This document shows, in pieces, positions 40,000 through 50,226 of a stretch of 64,000 nucleotides of DNA. The position numbers were made by a program, and so were the translations under genes. The stretch lies in contig CDRNVI010000009.1 of the NCBI GenBank assembly GCA_977017575.1, positions 434,001-498,000 of the forward strand, written 5' to 3'. A model generated the notes under the pieces. The model had not been told where the DNA came from and did not search any database. It saw nothing but the letters and a program-made list of their open reading frames with translations. The stretch comes from Paramoeba atlantica. Lineage: Eukaryota > Protista > Discosea. Position 1 is the first letter of the stretch, and every line of letters begins with the position of its first letter.

Positions 40000-42663
40000 C
40001 TAACCAAAGCTTTGGTTGTCCCATAAAGGGGATTCCCTTTTCAGCCAGAGTTGAAAGCTGCTCCGGATCGCCGTTCGGATGACTTCGACACGGCACTTAT
40101 CTGAGAGTGCCTTGTCACCCAAAAAGAGACGGTTGATGTGACGCAGCGTCGTAGAAGGGAGACCTCTAGCTCCAACTTCAAAGCATATCAAGTGGCAGTC
40201 TGAGTGCCTTACCTTTCGTCGGTGTAGAATATTTATGTACTTTTCTACTTTTCGGCAGTGGGCTTCGTGTACGTTTTCCTCCCAGGGCATCGTCAACTCA
40301 ACGATAAATTCAGTTCCGTCGTTGAGTTTGACGATTCCATCTGGGCGAAGCTGTGTTTCCAGGTCGGACCACCATGCGGGTAGTTGACGTAGGTGTGGGA
40401 GATCAAAATGTGCCTCTGCTGTATGGGGGGAAGAGAGTATCGCGTTTGCAAAGGTGGAGAGTACACAATCGTGGCGATATGTGTAACGTCCCTGTTCTAG
40501 TGATACCTTGCACGAGGATAAGAGGTGTCGTAATGTTTCCGGTTCTTGTTTACAAATTCGGCATTGTACTGTATCTGTGCCGTGAATTCCCCATGTCCTC
40601 AGCATTGTCCTAGTAGGGAGAGTGTTTTGTACCATTAAAGAAGTTGCGAAGCGGCTAAGGGAAGTGCTACGTAATCCGTTTATCGCGGCGCTGAAATCTT
40701 TCGCCTGTTCTTCCTCGGAGGCTATATCCCACCACTGAATAGCGAACGTTGACCTGCGGCGTAGTGCGTTGATCATTCGGTCCTCATTAAGCTCAAGAAG
40801 AGTTCGTTTTGCGAGATCGCGATCGTCCAGTATGTGTGTGATGTCACATGCTGGTCGAATTTGGCCTTTCCTGCGCTTATGTTCTTCAGCCCGTATTCTT
40901 TCCTGCAGTGCGGCGGTAACGTTCGGGTCTCGGGACCGCTTCATTTGACAGAGAAGATCAGCTGTACAGTCCTCCCAGAGTCTGGACAAGCTGCAGATGT
41001 TCCATCCACGCTGAGAGTAGATTGCTTCGCTGCATGTAGTTCTAGCCGCATTGATCCACCGTTTCAGGGAGTGAGTACACATTTTCTGAAGGCGTAAAAT
41101 AAAGTTTAGAGTGATACATGGGTGTATAGTAAAGGTGAAGCGTAGCCGAGAGATGATTGCGTGTTGATATATCCAAATTTTTGATGGGAGGTCGTGGGCC
41201 GACTGGTCAATGTTATGAAGCCATCGCTTCAATAAGGGCCTAACTTTCGTGAAAAGGGCTCGGGATTGTTGAGAACCGGGGGCAATATTCATGCCAAGAA
41301 ACGTACTTCCTTCGTCGCATATATGCGGTATAGCTTCGTTCTTGATGAAAATTTGAGGACGTCGTGTCATGTAGCCGGGGTGTTCATCATTTTTCTTGGA
41401 CGCCATGCATTGGACTCTGCACTTTTTGACGTTGATGGAAAGGCCAAGCGAACCGAGTACCGTGGATAGTGTTTCAACAGCCAGTTGCATTTCTTTTTCA
41501 CTATTCGTCAGGACCGTGAGATCGTCGGCGTACGCTTTTAGGAAGCTTTTTGGAAATCCAGGGAGGTTCAATCCAAATGAGGGAAATGATTTTGCCATGT
41601 AACGTAGGGCTAGCTCCATAATCACCAGAAAGAGCGTAGAAGAGAGAGTGTCACCTTGTAAGACACCTCGTTTAGCTGGGATCGCGCTGGACAGACCTTC
41701 GTAACATTTAATGCGGGTACTTGCGTCAGTGTATAAGCATTGGACGTATTTAATAATGTTTGGGGAGATTCTCGCCCATTCCAGTGCTTCAAAGATGATG
41801 TTGCGGGGGACTGAACCAAAGGCGTTACTGAGGTCTAGCTGGGCCATGCAGTAGTTCCACTTGTTCTTCCGGTAGTGGCGTAGGAGCTCTGAGAGGGATT
41901 GCGTATGTTCGAGAGTACCGTTAATGGCGGGGAGAAAGCCTTTCTGTATCTTGGGGTCAATGACAGAGGCTTCAAGTAGGAATTTCGTCATTTTCCGGCT
42001 GATGATGGAATGCAGGAGTTTCCCTAGTACGCTAGTCAGGCCGATGGGACGCCAGTTTTGTGGGTTGTCAGGCTCCCCTTTTTTGTAAATGAGGCGAGTG
42101 ACGGATATTTTCCATGACGTCGGACATGTGCTGAAGCGCACTAGCGCGTTGAAGACGTTTGCCATGTGCGTGTGGGAGCTGTGGCATCGCTTTAGAGTCT
42201 GGTACGTAATGGAGTCCTGGCCTGGAGCACTGCTGTTTTTCTTTGATGTGAGAGCGTTCGAAATGTCGATTGAAGCCAGTTCGTCCCAGGTCATTTCTGC
42301 CAGAGGACGGTTTCCGAGGACGTCGTGGGGTGGTAAGTGATGCACTGTAGTGGGGTCCGTAAGTAATGTTGTGAACACACTTTCCACTTTCTGTACATTG
42401 CAAGTCGGATAGGCCGGTACACTTTCTGCTTCTGTCCTTTTGTCCAAGGTTTGACTCGCAGCCGTCCATGGATTGCGGTTGAATTGTTGAAGTGCCCAGC
42501 GACTTTCCAGTTCCTGTTTTTGGGCCATGGCTTCTGCGCTGTATATACGTTCCGCCTTTTTGGTTTCCTTAATCTTTTGTTTCAACGCCATGCGGGGAGC
42601 CTTGCCGTGTGTGTATCGCAGCTTCATTTGTAGTTGTTTTACATGTCGAGAAGGAAAAGGCAA
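40000..42663 (-). CDS. R reverse transcriptase + CCHC + RLE
   Basis: SAPGQD, NWRPIGL, QKGF, LDLSNAFGSV, GVLQGDTLS, YADD, CRIC..HLLSSC, RHD, RPDG, ELTMPWE, RKVEKY, FEVGARG. Confidence 0.92.
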   Translation of the reverse strand: MPFPSRHVKQLQMKLRYTHGKAPRMALKQKIKETKKAERIYSAEAMAQKQELESRWALQQFNRNPWTAASQTLDKRTEAESVPAYPTCNVQKVESVFTTLLTDPTTVHHLPPHDVLGNRPLAEMTWDELASIDISNALTSKKNSSAPGQDSITYQTLKRCHSSHTHMANVFNALVRFSTCPTSWKISVTRLIYKKGEPDNPQNWRPIGLTSVLGKLLHSIISRKMTKFLLEASVIDPKIQKGFLPAINGTLEHTQSLSELLRHYRKNKWNYCMAQLDLSNAFGSVPRNIIFEALEWARISPNIIKYVQCLYTDASTRIKCYEGLSSAIPAKRGVLQGDTLSSTLFLVIMELALRYMAKSFPSFGLNLPGFPKSFLKAYADDLTVLTNSEKEMQLAVETLSTVLGSLGLSINVKKCRVQCMASKKNDEHPGYMTRRPQIFIKNEAIPHICDEGSTFLGMNIAPGSQQSRALFTKVRPLLKRWLHNIDQSAHDLPSKIWIYQHAIISRLRFTFTIHPCITLNFILRLQKMCTHSLKRWINAARTTCSEAIYSQRGWNICSLSRLWEDCTADLLCQMKRSRDPNVTAALQERIRAEEHKRRKGQIRPACDITHILDDRDLAKRTLLELNEDRMINALRRRSTFAIQWWDIASEEEQAKDFSAAINGLRSTSLSRFATSLMVQNTLPTRTMLRTWGIHGTDTVQCRICKQEPETLRHLLSSCKVSLEQGRYTYRHDCVLSTFANAILSSPHTAEAHFDLPHLRQLPAWWSDLETQLRPDGIVKLNDGTEFIVELTMPWEENVHEAHCRKVEKYINILHRRKVRHSDCHLICFEVGARGLPSTTLRHINRLFLGDKALSDKCRVEVIRTAIRSSFQLWLKRESPLWDNQSFG

Positions 42664-45448
42664 CTTTTTCGCTTTCTAATGGACGGACTTTCCCCTTTAT
42701 GTGTCCTCGAGCCGTTCGGATAATGAAACCCTTCCTGGAGTCGACGTCTCGCGCCACTTCATATGCCGACACCGCTAGTATTGCACTCAGTAGTTCTGCG
42801 TTATGGACGGCGGAGAGTGCGTCGCCAGAGACAGTGAGCAAGGTGTTGCATCTGTGGAGGGCCCTACGTTCCACCTCGTGCCAGTGCGCATCAGCCAAGT
42901 TTATGTTTAACTTGCCCCCCTGGATGTATCGTGCCGTGCGGAAAAGGTACTCCGTCTCGTCGAGTGGTCTCGGAGAGGAAGCGGAAGTGGGGGGGTTAAG
43001 TTCGGGGTGTTCTTGCTCTTGTCCTGCGTTGGGGCTCCCCTCAGAGTCTCCTTCGATTCCCTGATCGAGGGATGGTCCATAGATTTTGCAGCATGGATGG
43101 CTGCATTTGAGTTTACTTATGCATCGATGTTGGCATGGGTGCGTCCGCTTCAAGGAGGAGGCGTGGTCACGCGAAATAATCTCGTATGGTGGAAGTGTTG
43201 GGACCGTTTGGGGCTTTGATGGCTGTACTTCTTCTTTGTCGTCGGTGCGAAGGAGCAGAACGATCCGAAACGCCGATAACCCAGGGACCGCTCTCCCGTT
43301 CAGTACCTTATTTACCGCTTTACCCATTGAGCTAGGTGATGCGTAGTGGTTGTATAATTCCAGGCGGCTGTCGTGAAAAAGAGATACCCAGTTCGCGTGG
43401 CGAGAAATGTGACTTGTTGAGTCTACTCTACTAACTTCTAAAAAGTCACACGCTCTCTTTTCCATAAGTTCGTCTACGGTACACGTTTCTACGACGATGT
43501 CGTGTGCTGCACTTTTCCCATTGAGCGCTTTGGACAGGGCGGCTTCAGCCCCCTGGGGGGAAGGGATACGACTACGCACAAGTTGGCTTACGCATGCTGC
43601 ATGCACATCCGGGAAATATCTCCATGTGTTGTCGTTGACGAGGCGGAGTTTGACAGGTTTTGACCGGGACTGGATAAAGTGGAAACGTTGCTTGTGTCGG
43701 TTATGGGTTACGGGATGCGTGGGGTCCTGGGGCGGCGGGAGATACTGTGACGGGCTGTCGGGAGTTTGTGTGGGAATCTGGGGACCCTCGGATTCATCCG
43801 AATGTAAATGGGCGTCCATTTGTGATGGGGGTAAGAGGCTTCCTTGTTCAAGCGGCGGGCTTTGTATTCGCCCTACGCTGTGCGCTTGTTGGAAAACCCA
43901 GGATGGGACTTCGTCATCGCCATTCTCATTCCGCGGACTGTGTTGGTGTGCTGGGGAAGATGAGTCCAAGAGAATGATACTTTCCGGTGCCTTGTTTTTG
44001 GGAGTCGGGATGGCTGGTTCCCTGGCAACGGCACGGTCAGCTGTCGTAGTGGTTGTGTTTAGGGACGGTGTGACGAGATTCTTGGGAAGGGTACATGGGC
44101 CGGTGGGTAGAGTATCCTGCCCATCCAGTTTGCTTATCGGTGTGTCAAGCGAAGTCAACGGTGTGCCAGTGCGTTTGCAGCAAGGATGGCCGCACCCTGC
44201 CCTGTTCTTACATTTATGCTTACAGGGCTCGACACGGTCTGCTTGTTCGGAGGCGGGGCCTAGGCCTTGCTTGCAACACACGTGCTTACATTGATCTTTA
44301 CTCTTGCAGATATGCTTGCATACTCTAGTTAAGGCGTGGACCTGAAGTTGTGTTGGAGATTTAGGTTTGGGGAGGCTTTGGGAGTCCGGAGTTTGACATG
44401 GAACGCCGTTGAAAAGTAGGAATTTGGCAAGCGAGCAGGCAGTTGATGCGACGGCACGACCGACGGTAACAGTGGGTGATTTTTGATGGGGAGTAACCTC
44501 CTTGGGTGGGGGTACATGTAAATCGTGTTCGCCTTTTGGACAGGGTGCTATTGTGTACGACAAGCGTTCCTGTCCGGTGCTGCTGTGAGGTCGTACGGTT
44601 ACCGCCGGGGTTGAGGGAGTGCCGTTAGCGTACGGTTGAGTGCGGCTTGAAAACAGATATCGTGTTGCAGCTCGCGCTGCCATGCCAAGTAGGTTGCTTG
44701 ATTTCGGTACTTTCACATCCTGTGTTACGTGGTCACGGGTGCATGGCGGTGACGTTTCGTCCCTTTGTCGCGTACTTGGAGCTTCTTTGGGCCCGGATTC
44801 TTGACCGCTCGCCGTAGTGCTCGTGAGTTCGTATGTTGTTGGTGTAAGATTACGTTTGCAACATGGGTGCCCGCAGGTCTGTTTGTTTTTACAGACATGC
44901 TTACAGGGTGTGCTACGTTGTACCGGCATTACACTCACAGCCGTGATCACCTTTACGTCTTCTCTTGCATCCGCCGGTGCGTCACTTCTCTTATTGTTGT
45001 ACGTATCCGCTTTTGCTACGTGTACCAGGTGTCGTTTGCAGCATGGGTGTTCACAGTGAGCTTTGTCCTTGCAGCGGTGTTTGCATTCCGGAACGGTTTG
45101 TTGTGTGGTGGGGGGGACGCGGTGAGGGGGAAGTTCGTTTGTGTGAGGAGTGACCAGGATATGTGGCCGCGTTACACCCCGCTTGCAACAGGGGTGTCCG
45201 CAGGTGCTTTTGTCCTTACAAGGATGTTTGCATGGAGCTGGGGGTGCTTCTCCTGTGTCGCTGGTAAGGGACTCATTGCTCTTTTGGGATATGAGAGCCT
45301 GGACGGTTCGGGTAGCAGATTTTGCAACCCTGTCTGTGGGAGTGCCTTTCAGGGACAGGTTTTTGTTTTGGTTAGACACGTCGCGTGGTCTCTTAGGAGA
45401 GTCCTGCGACGCCTGGTGTGTGCCCTTCCCTGGTAGTAAGCAAAACAT
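42569..45448 (-). CDS. R N-terminal ORF: six C-x-H-x-C-x5-C-x-H-x-CC-K fingers and NUMOD1-like HTH (likely ATG 45448)
   Basis: Motifs read directly from the translation. Track start 45748 lies outside the element. Confidence 0.8.
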   Translation of the reverse strand: MFCLLPGKGTHQASQDSPKRPRDVSNQNKNLSLKGTPTDRVAKSATRTVQALISQKSNESLTSDTGEAPPAPCKHPCKDKSTCGHPCCKRGVTRPHILVTPHTNELPPHRVPPTTQQTVPECKHRCKDKAHCEHPCCKRHLVHVAKADTYNNKRSDAPADAREDVKVITAVSVMPVQRSTPCKHVCKNKQTCGHPCCKRNLTPTTYELTSTTASGQESGPKEAPSTRQRDETSPPCTRDHVTQDVKVPKSSNLLGMAARAATRYLFSSRTQPYANGTPSTPAVTVRPHSSTGQERLSYTIAPCPKGEHDLHVPPPKEVTPHQKSPTVTVGRAVASTACSLAKFLLFNGVPCQTPDSQSLPKPKSPTQLQVHALTRVCKHICKSKDQCKHVCCKQGLGPASEQADRVEPCKHKCKNRAGCGHPCCKRTGTPLTSLDTPISKLDGQDTLPTGPCTLPKNLVTPSLNTTTTTADRAVAREPAIPTPKNKAPESIILLDSSSPAHQHSPRNENGDDEVPSWVFQQAHSVGRIQSPPLEQGSLLPPSQMDAHLHSDESEGPQIPTQTPDSPSQYLPPPQDPTHPVTHNRHKQRFHFIQSRSKPVKLRLVNDNTWRYFPDVHAACVSQLVRSRIPSPQGAEAALSKALNGKSAAHDIVVETCTVDELMEKRACDFLEVSRVDSTSHISRHANWVSLFHDSRLELYNHYASPSSMGKAVNKVLNGRAVPGLSAFRIVLLLRTDDKEEVQPSKPQTVPTLPPYEIISRDHASSLKRTHPCQHRCISKLKCSHPCCKIYGPSLDQGIEGDSEGSPNAGQEQEHPELNPPTSASSPRPLDETEYLFRTARYIQGGKLNINLADAHWHEVERRALHRCNTLLTVSGDALSAVHNAELLSAILAVSAYEVARDVDSRKGFIIRTARGHIKGKVRPLESEKVAFSFSTCKTTTNEAAIHTRQGSPHGVETKD

Positions 45449-45474
45449 GTCGTTGTAAAGGGTAGGGAAAAGAA

Positions 45475-48400
45475 AACAACAAGGTACAGAAACAAAAAGC
45501 AAAAGAACAGGAAGTGGAAATGTTGCCAGACCCGAAAGATCCACGATTCGAAGGTTACAAATGGGTCGGGAATGGGTACGTACACGACGTTTATGCTTTT
45601 GACATCTTTTCGGACACACCCGACACAACGTCGGCTCCAGCGCATGCTTTTTTTCCGAACAGTGAACCGCAAAATTTGCCGGAAGCACCACAAACGCCCA
45701 GCTCTGAACGTTGCTTCTTAGATTGTATCTCAACACCTCGGAACGCAAACAGTACTTTCTCAGACTCTAACTCAACGTCCGATCCACCTCGCGAGCCTCC
45801 AAGCCCTCCTCAATTTCTGCTCGAAAAATCAGACGACGAAAGATTGGTTGTCTTATCAGAGGAAATCGGAACATCAGAAAATCAAGAAACAAAATCCGAC
45901 ACCCCCGAGGTGAATGCATTACCCCGGCCACTCGCGCCCAACGTCGACGCCCGAGAAGCTGTGAGATTCGTTGAGCAAAGCTCACTCGTCGTGCGACCCG
46001 CCGACACTTCAGAAAACAAGGATGCAGACAGCATAATTTTCGTCGAGCATGCAGCATCTCATGACATTTGCGAAGACTTGCTAAACAATATCAATTCGGA
46101 TTCACATTTCCCTATACAAGCAGAGCAAATCTGGAAGCTTTCGTCACATTTAAAGAAAGGATCCCTGTGCACGATTGCCTGGACGTTTAGCAATCAAAAC
46201 AATATGAACATTTCGATGGGGAAAATCACGAGCGTGTACCGACGCAAAGGAACAGGAAGGCTCAACATGCAGTATAAAGGAATTACGGGACACAAGCTAG
46301 GAGAAGATTTTTCAGGGACAATACCACCACACGAAAGTGTCCGAATCTATAAGATAGTTTGGCATGCATCCGCTCCAACCTCGAACAAGATGGAAACGCA
46401 CAATGAGCACGGCCAGGTGAAGCAAATCACAGAATCAGAAACCCCCATCCCAGCCGCACAGCCCATCTCTGATTGGACTCCTGATGATTTAGATCGCTCG
46501 CCGATACCGACCTCGCGAATAATCCAGGCGGAGCTAATTCCAGCAGCAATAGCCACATATCGGGAACTTATGAGTGACTATGCGCGCAGCACGTATACTC
46601 AAAGACACAAAATTTGGCACGACGTTTTGTCCGCTATGAAGAGCTCTCTTGCTTCAATCAGGCAGGCTTCCAATCGCAGAAGACGCCGTCGACCCTTTCC
46701 AAGTGATGAAAATAACAATAGTGCTAACAATGGGGAAAATAAAACAGAGGACAGTGCAACCCTGTTGGCCTCCGATACGCGCGCGATCAAAAAAGCTACG
46801 AGGCTTGCCCTGGAAGGCTGCTCACGCAGGGCAGCGAAAGTGATGGATCAAACTTATACGCCAAACCCTTTATCGGATCAAGAGACACTTCAAAAGCTCA
46901 ATGACCTTCATCCGCAAAACCCGTATCATATAAACCTCCCTGAGGACGCACCGCTGCTGACAGCGCTAGGGCCTGATGAATTAAAAGCGGCGAGCCAGAA
47001 ATTGGCTAAGGGTGCTAGCCCGGGGCCCACAGGAACAACCGACGGATTGGTAAGGCTGTTGATCGACGACCCGGTGTGTAGCATGAGCTTATGCCATATG
47101 ATGATGGATCTCATTAACGGATTCCTCCCTAAAGAAGTGATGCGTCGTCTCACCTGCGCCAGGCTGGTCGCGCTCCACAAACCGAATGGTGGAATAAGAC
47201 CTGTCGCCATTGGGGAAGTGTTGATGAAATTAGCGGGATGCATTCTCGTACAAAGATACGAGAACATTCTAGAGCCACTGTTCGCGCCATTACAGCATGG
47301 AGTACTATCGAAGGCAGGGTGCGAACGGGTAGTACACACACTAAATGATCTGTATCTTGCTGGCTCAAACATTGTATCCATTGACGTCAAAAACGCATTC
47401 AATTCCCCTTCGCGCACGAAGATAGCCAAAGCAGTTTTTGGGTTAGCCACTTTAAAACCTTTTCATCGCTTCTTCTATGCAGAGTACTCGGAGGCGTCGG
47501 AGCTGTGTTATCTTCCTATCAACTCTTAAGCAAAGCTTTTGTACGCCTAAAAGAACTGCTGGCAGCGGAAGATCTCCTTGTATCAACTGAGAAGTGCGTC
47601 TGGTTCAGCGGGGTAAACAAGGAGCCTTTACCTGATGACATCAGGGATGCAGGGGTGAGAAATGAAGAAGATGCACTGAAAACACTCGGAGCTTTTATAG
47701 GAGATGATGATAAAGTTAGTGAGAAACTTTTAAGTACATTCAAAAAGCACGATGCAATTTTCAGGAGACTCAAGCTCATGGGAGCAAACAACGTGTCAAC
47801 CCAATTGCTGTCAAAATGTGTAAACGTACGGCAAACTTATCACATGCGTGTACATAACCCAACTGCGACTGAGGCATTAACGTTCAATTTTGACAATGCC
47901 ATTGCGGAAGTTCTCACTTCGTGGTTTGGAAAGCTATCCGACGACCAGATTTCGCTACTTAGACTACCTGTAAAGAAAGGAGGCCTGGGTCTGACTGCGT
48001 GTCTACCTACCCGCAAAGCGGCATATGAATCTTCGAAATTCACAGTTCTTGAACGCCCAAAAACCAATTCAGTTCGGACTGGGGAATTCCAAGAAGCGAA
48101 TGCCAACATGCATAAGGACGTACCAGTAGACGAATCAACGCAGGCGGCAGAGATACACGCGAAAACTTGGGTGCAACTCACGGAGTCGGAATCTCCCATG
48201 GCATCTATATTGCAAGCAACGACGCATAAAGGAAACTACGCATGGATCATGTCAAGCGCACGGTTTGTGCCATCTCATCTATTCACTCTGGCACTTTTAC
48301 CTAGGCTAGGTCTAACTCATCCGGAACTTCCACCCCGAATGTTATGCCCAGGATGCAAAGTTCTACTAACATCCGGTTCCATTCTGACGCACATAGCAGG

Positions 48401-48992
48401 CTGCACAAAATGCTCAGGGCTCAACGCAACCGTGAAACATAGCACGCTAGTGAATTTCCTCTATGAGTTAAGCTTGAAAGCTGGCATTCCTTGTGAGAAG
48501 GAACCGCGCCTATATTCAACGTATCGGTGCACGCAATGCAATGAAGTAGTCGGGCCGGAATACAGGCAGACACATAGTAAAGTGTGCGGAGGGAAATCTT
48601 TTCGCCGCTCTGGACCAGATCTCGTAATTTACTGGAATGATGGAGAAATATATTACGATTTCACCGTGGTACATGAATTAGCGCCTTCAAATTTGGGAAC
48701 GAAATGCAATAAGCTATTCCGGGACGCCATCAAACGAAAACACGATACTTATGTCGCAACAAATAAAATCGCGAAAGAAAAATTCAGATGTATTCCCATC
48801 CTCTCTGGTGGATCCCTCCATTTCAATACGAAGTCGCTGTTAATGGCCCTCGCAGATGCGGGCAGCGTACCTCGACAGCAGCTTCAGCTTGAGCTACAAC
48901 TTTTGCTACAGGAGCAAAATGGTGCCATACTATATTCACAACTTCGGAATTACCTTGAGAAGGACAAGAGGGCGCTCCAGTTCGCTATATAA
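45475..48992 (+). pseudogene. X beta-rich domain, RT with internal deletion near 47515, thumb, Zn, RLE
   Basis: ORFs 45514-47529 and 47505-48992. The GVRQGSPLS and YIDD segments are missing between them. Confidence 0.88.
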
Positions 48993-49140
48993 AGAGTTTC
49001 TAAAGAGGGGCAGAGCTTCTAAAGCCTGCAGTCAGGATAGATTTTTCAGAACTTTAACAGTTCACGTTTTGAAATTTAGCCGAGGGGCGGCTATATATTT
49101 GCCTGCTGGCCCTTCGGGGCACATAATTTTCTCAAATTAT

Positions 49141-50226
49141 AGACGGCCACGCGTGCGTGGCACTACTCCTCCTCCCCGCCCTCTCTCCCCGTTACGTCTA
49201 AGGCGCAGAAGCTTCTCCCTCCCAATCCGTCCTCTACCCCGGCTTCCCGTTCCCGTTTACACCGCCGCCAAGACCGCCGCCGCCAAAACCGCCGCCGTCG
49301 TAACCGCCGACGCCGCACAGCCTCCAGGAGGACGCCGCCAGGAGCTGCTGAGGGCGATTCTTCGAATGCCCCCCGAGGACCCGCGCGCCACCCAGATGAA
49401 CGAGGCGCTCAGACCCATGTGGGCGACGGCCACGTGGGCCACAAGGGAGCGATTGTGGTTCCGCCTGCGCGAGTATTGCCAGGCGAAGGGAATCACCGCG
49501 AATCCTGCAAACGCGGTGCTCTTCCTAGAGACTCTGCCTCTCGCTACCTCAACGCGCATGGGGTACGCAGGGGCATTGAGGACTCTGTTCGAGCTCATGG
49601 GAATCGAAGGTACCCCATTGAGTCTCTACGTAAAGGCCCTGCAAGCGCAGGGGGGGCTAGAACCCACGCGGCAGATGCTTCCAATCACGCCACTTCTTCT
49701 AAAGAAGCTGAGACGTCATCTCGACGTAAAGGAGAGCATGTGTTGCCTCCTGTGTTGGAAAGCCGCTGCGAGATGGACCGAGACCGCCGACCTGAGGCGG
49801 GAGCAGTTCGTGAGTGTGGCCAGTCACGAGGTAATCATTTATTGGGGCAGGGGGACAAAGACAACCCGTCTGAATCCTTACTGGCCGTACCTCTACGCGA
49901 TAGTGACTGGCCCGGGGACACCCGAACTGGCTCAGTTTGTGGGAAGTTTGAGACCAGGCCAGCGCCTGTGTTACACGACGGTCCGGGAGATGGACCACAG
50001 GATGAATCAACTTCTCGGTCCCGGGTATGGAACACATTCCATAAAAAGAGGTGCAATTACTTACCTATTCCACGAGATCTCCCTCGGGAATCTCAGGATG
50101 GAGGACGTCCAGAACCTCACGAAACACCTCAACGTCGAATCACTGTTGCGCTACAACGCAAGCAGTATTACAACGGCAAGGGCTCTCGGGACGCAGAGAG
50201 TCTCAGCACGTCTCCCAGTGCTGTAA
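49141..50226 (+). CDS. V1b tyrosine recombinase (N-terminus lost)
   Basis: Catalytic region matches V1. Confidence 0.85.
   Translation, partial: RRPRVRGTTPPPRPLSPLRLRRRSFSLPIRPLPRLPVPVYTAAKTAAAKTAAVVTADAAQPPGGRRQELLRAILRMPPEDPRATQMNEALRPMWATATWATRERLWFRLREYCQAKGITANPANAVLFLETLPLATSTRMGYAGALRTLFELMGIEGTPLSLYVKALQAQGGLEPTRQMLPITPLLLKKLRRHLDVKESMCCLLCWKAAARWTETADLRREQFVSVASHEVIIYWGRGTKTTRLNPYWPYLYAIVTGPGTPELAQFVGSLRPGQRLCYTTVREMDHRMNQLLGPGYGTHSIKRGAITYLFHEISLGNLRMEDVQNLTKHLNVESLLRYNASSITTARALGTQRVSARLPVL

Larger units (their letters stand above)
39903..45470 (-). mobile_element. HERO/NeSL-like RLE non-LTR retrotransposon R, antisense in X
   Basis: Poly(A) as a T-run from 39903; 4-bp agaa duplication (39899-39902 and 45471-45474); RT + CCHC + RLE. 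Confidence 0.85.

Noticed and set aside
42569-42690. Programmed frameshift between the two ORFs of element R
   Set aside because: The overlap is short, in the +1 frame and next to an A-run. RLE elements of this group usually have one ORF, and several other 1-nt indels occur in the window, so mutation or sequencing error is as likely.
48856-49140. N-terminal extension of the 456-aa ORF, and similar 'IVHVLKFSRG' ORFs (16665, 20038, 28250, 30588, 38800, 54082)
   Set aside because: These are chance readings through repeat A and element junctions.
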